Source of the DNA: Octopus sinensis
Taxonomy: Eukaryota
Length of the DNA stretch: 64,000 nt
Assembly: GCF_006345805.1 (NCBI RefSeq)
Contig: NC_043000.1
Coordinates: forward strand, 141,298,001-141,362,000
Reading direction: 5' to 3'
Under the pieces are notes generated by a model. That model saw only the letters and a program-made list of their open reading frames with translations. It was not told the DNA's origin and searched no databases. The translations under genes were made by a program, and so were the position numbers. Position 1 is the stretch's first letter. Every line of letters begins with the position of its first letter. This document shows, one piece after another, positions 63,291 through 64,000 of the stretch.

Positions 63291-64000
63291 TGATATTTAC
63301 ACATTTGGTTCTCATTATGTGTAGTTTTTCTCTCTTTCTTCTAATTTTCCTTTGTATCCTTTATTCATCTTATTGTACTCATTTGTCGAGTAAATATTTC
63401 ATTGTTTCATTACAGACATAATCTCTGTTTCTCAGACAAACACAGTTAGTTCATCTTCTATGTGGCCGTTTAATAAGCCAGAAGTTACAGCATATTGTAA
63501 GACCTTTGACTTACAAAGCAGCCGTACTAACTCGTTCGCCTCTGATATTTTTTCTTTTTTCACAAATTATGGTGGTATATCTGGACAATTTAATGCTAAT
63601 GAAAATGAGAGAAAAAAAAGACATCGGATGGGTGATGCATACTTTAAGCGGAGATAAGTTTTTTCGCAAATTATAGTGTGGCTTACAATGCGCTGCTTAC
63701 CCATGCTTTTTAATTGAACTGATTTTTTTTAAAGTATCGCCATTATAGGTATTTATACTACGGCAAAATTAACAAACCAACTCGTAAATAAATGAGACCC
63801 TTGAATCCATCAGTTTACACACGCGCATACGCACTCACAGACTCACACACAGATTCGCATATCTATATATGAATGTATGTATGTATGTATGTACACAAAC
63901 GTGTCTAAGTGCATAGGTACATCACGATCTATACACACGCAGACGAAGGTAGATTCATATGAAAAAGAAAGTGAACAAAATAATATGACCACTTGCTTAT

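Noticed and set aside
63700-63760. Possible 57-nt symmetric minus-strand exon (INTYNGDTLKKISSIKKH)
   Set aside because: Splice-like flanks of this quality occur by chance; peptide unrecognised.

Overview
AT-rich, microsatellite-dense animal genomic DNA. The SINE and Helitron families look like octopus-type (cephalopod) repeats; this is recognition from memory, not a database search. No host protein-coding gene could be confidently identified, and most ORFs in the track are translated microsatellites or repeat-internal ORFs. The window is a transposon graveyard containing Penelope-like elements (PLEs), R4/Dong-type and RTE/L1-type LINE ends, tRNA-derived SINEs (two with clean TSDs), mariners (one full-length D,D34D copy with only two lesions), hAT/pogo/Mutator-type MITEs with diagnostic TSDs, and non-autonomous Helitrons. 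Main points of interest: (1) a 2.9-kb PLE fold-back palindrome at 22287-25167 carrying a GIY-YIG endonuclease frame on both arms; (2) a type I hammerhead-ribozyme-like fold with a long stem I inside a 353-nt terminally redundant unit at about 59750-60155, resembling a retrozyme monomer, plus six PLE-type minimal hammerhead-like motifs, one with an intact core; (3) a train of five same-strand elements separated by (AAT)n tracts with stuttered 5' junctions at 37273-39108; (4) a Helitron flanked by a 50-bp direct duplication; (5) about 40-bp CTAG-ended micro-palindromes related to Helitron 3' ends.
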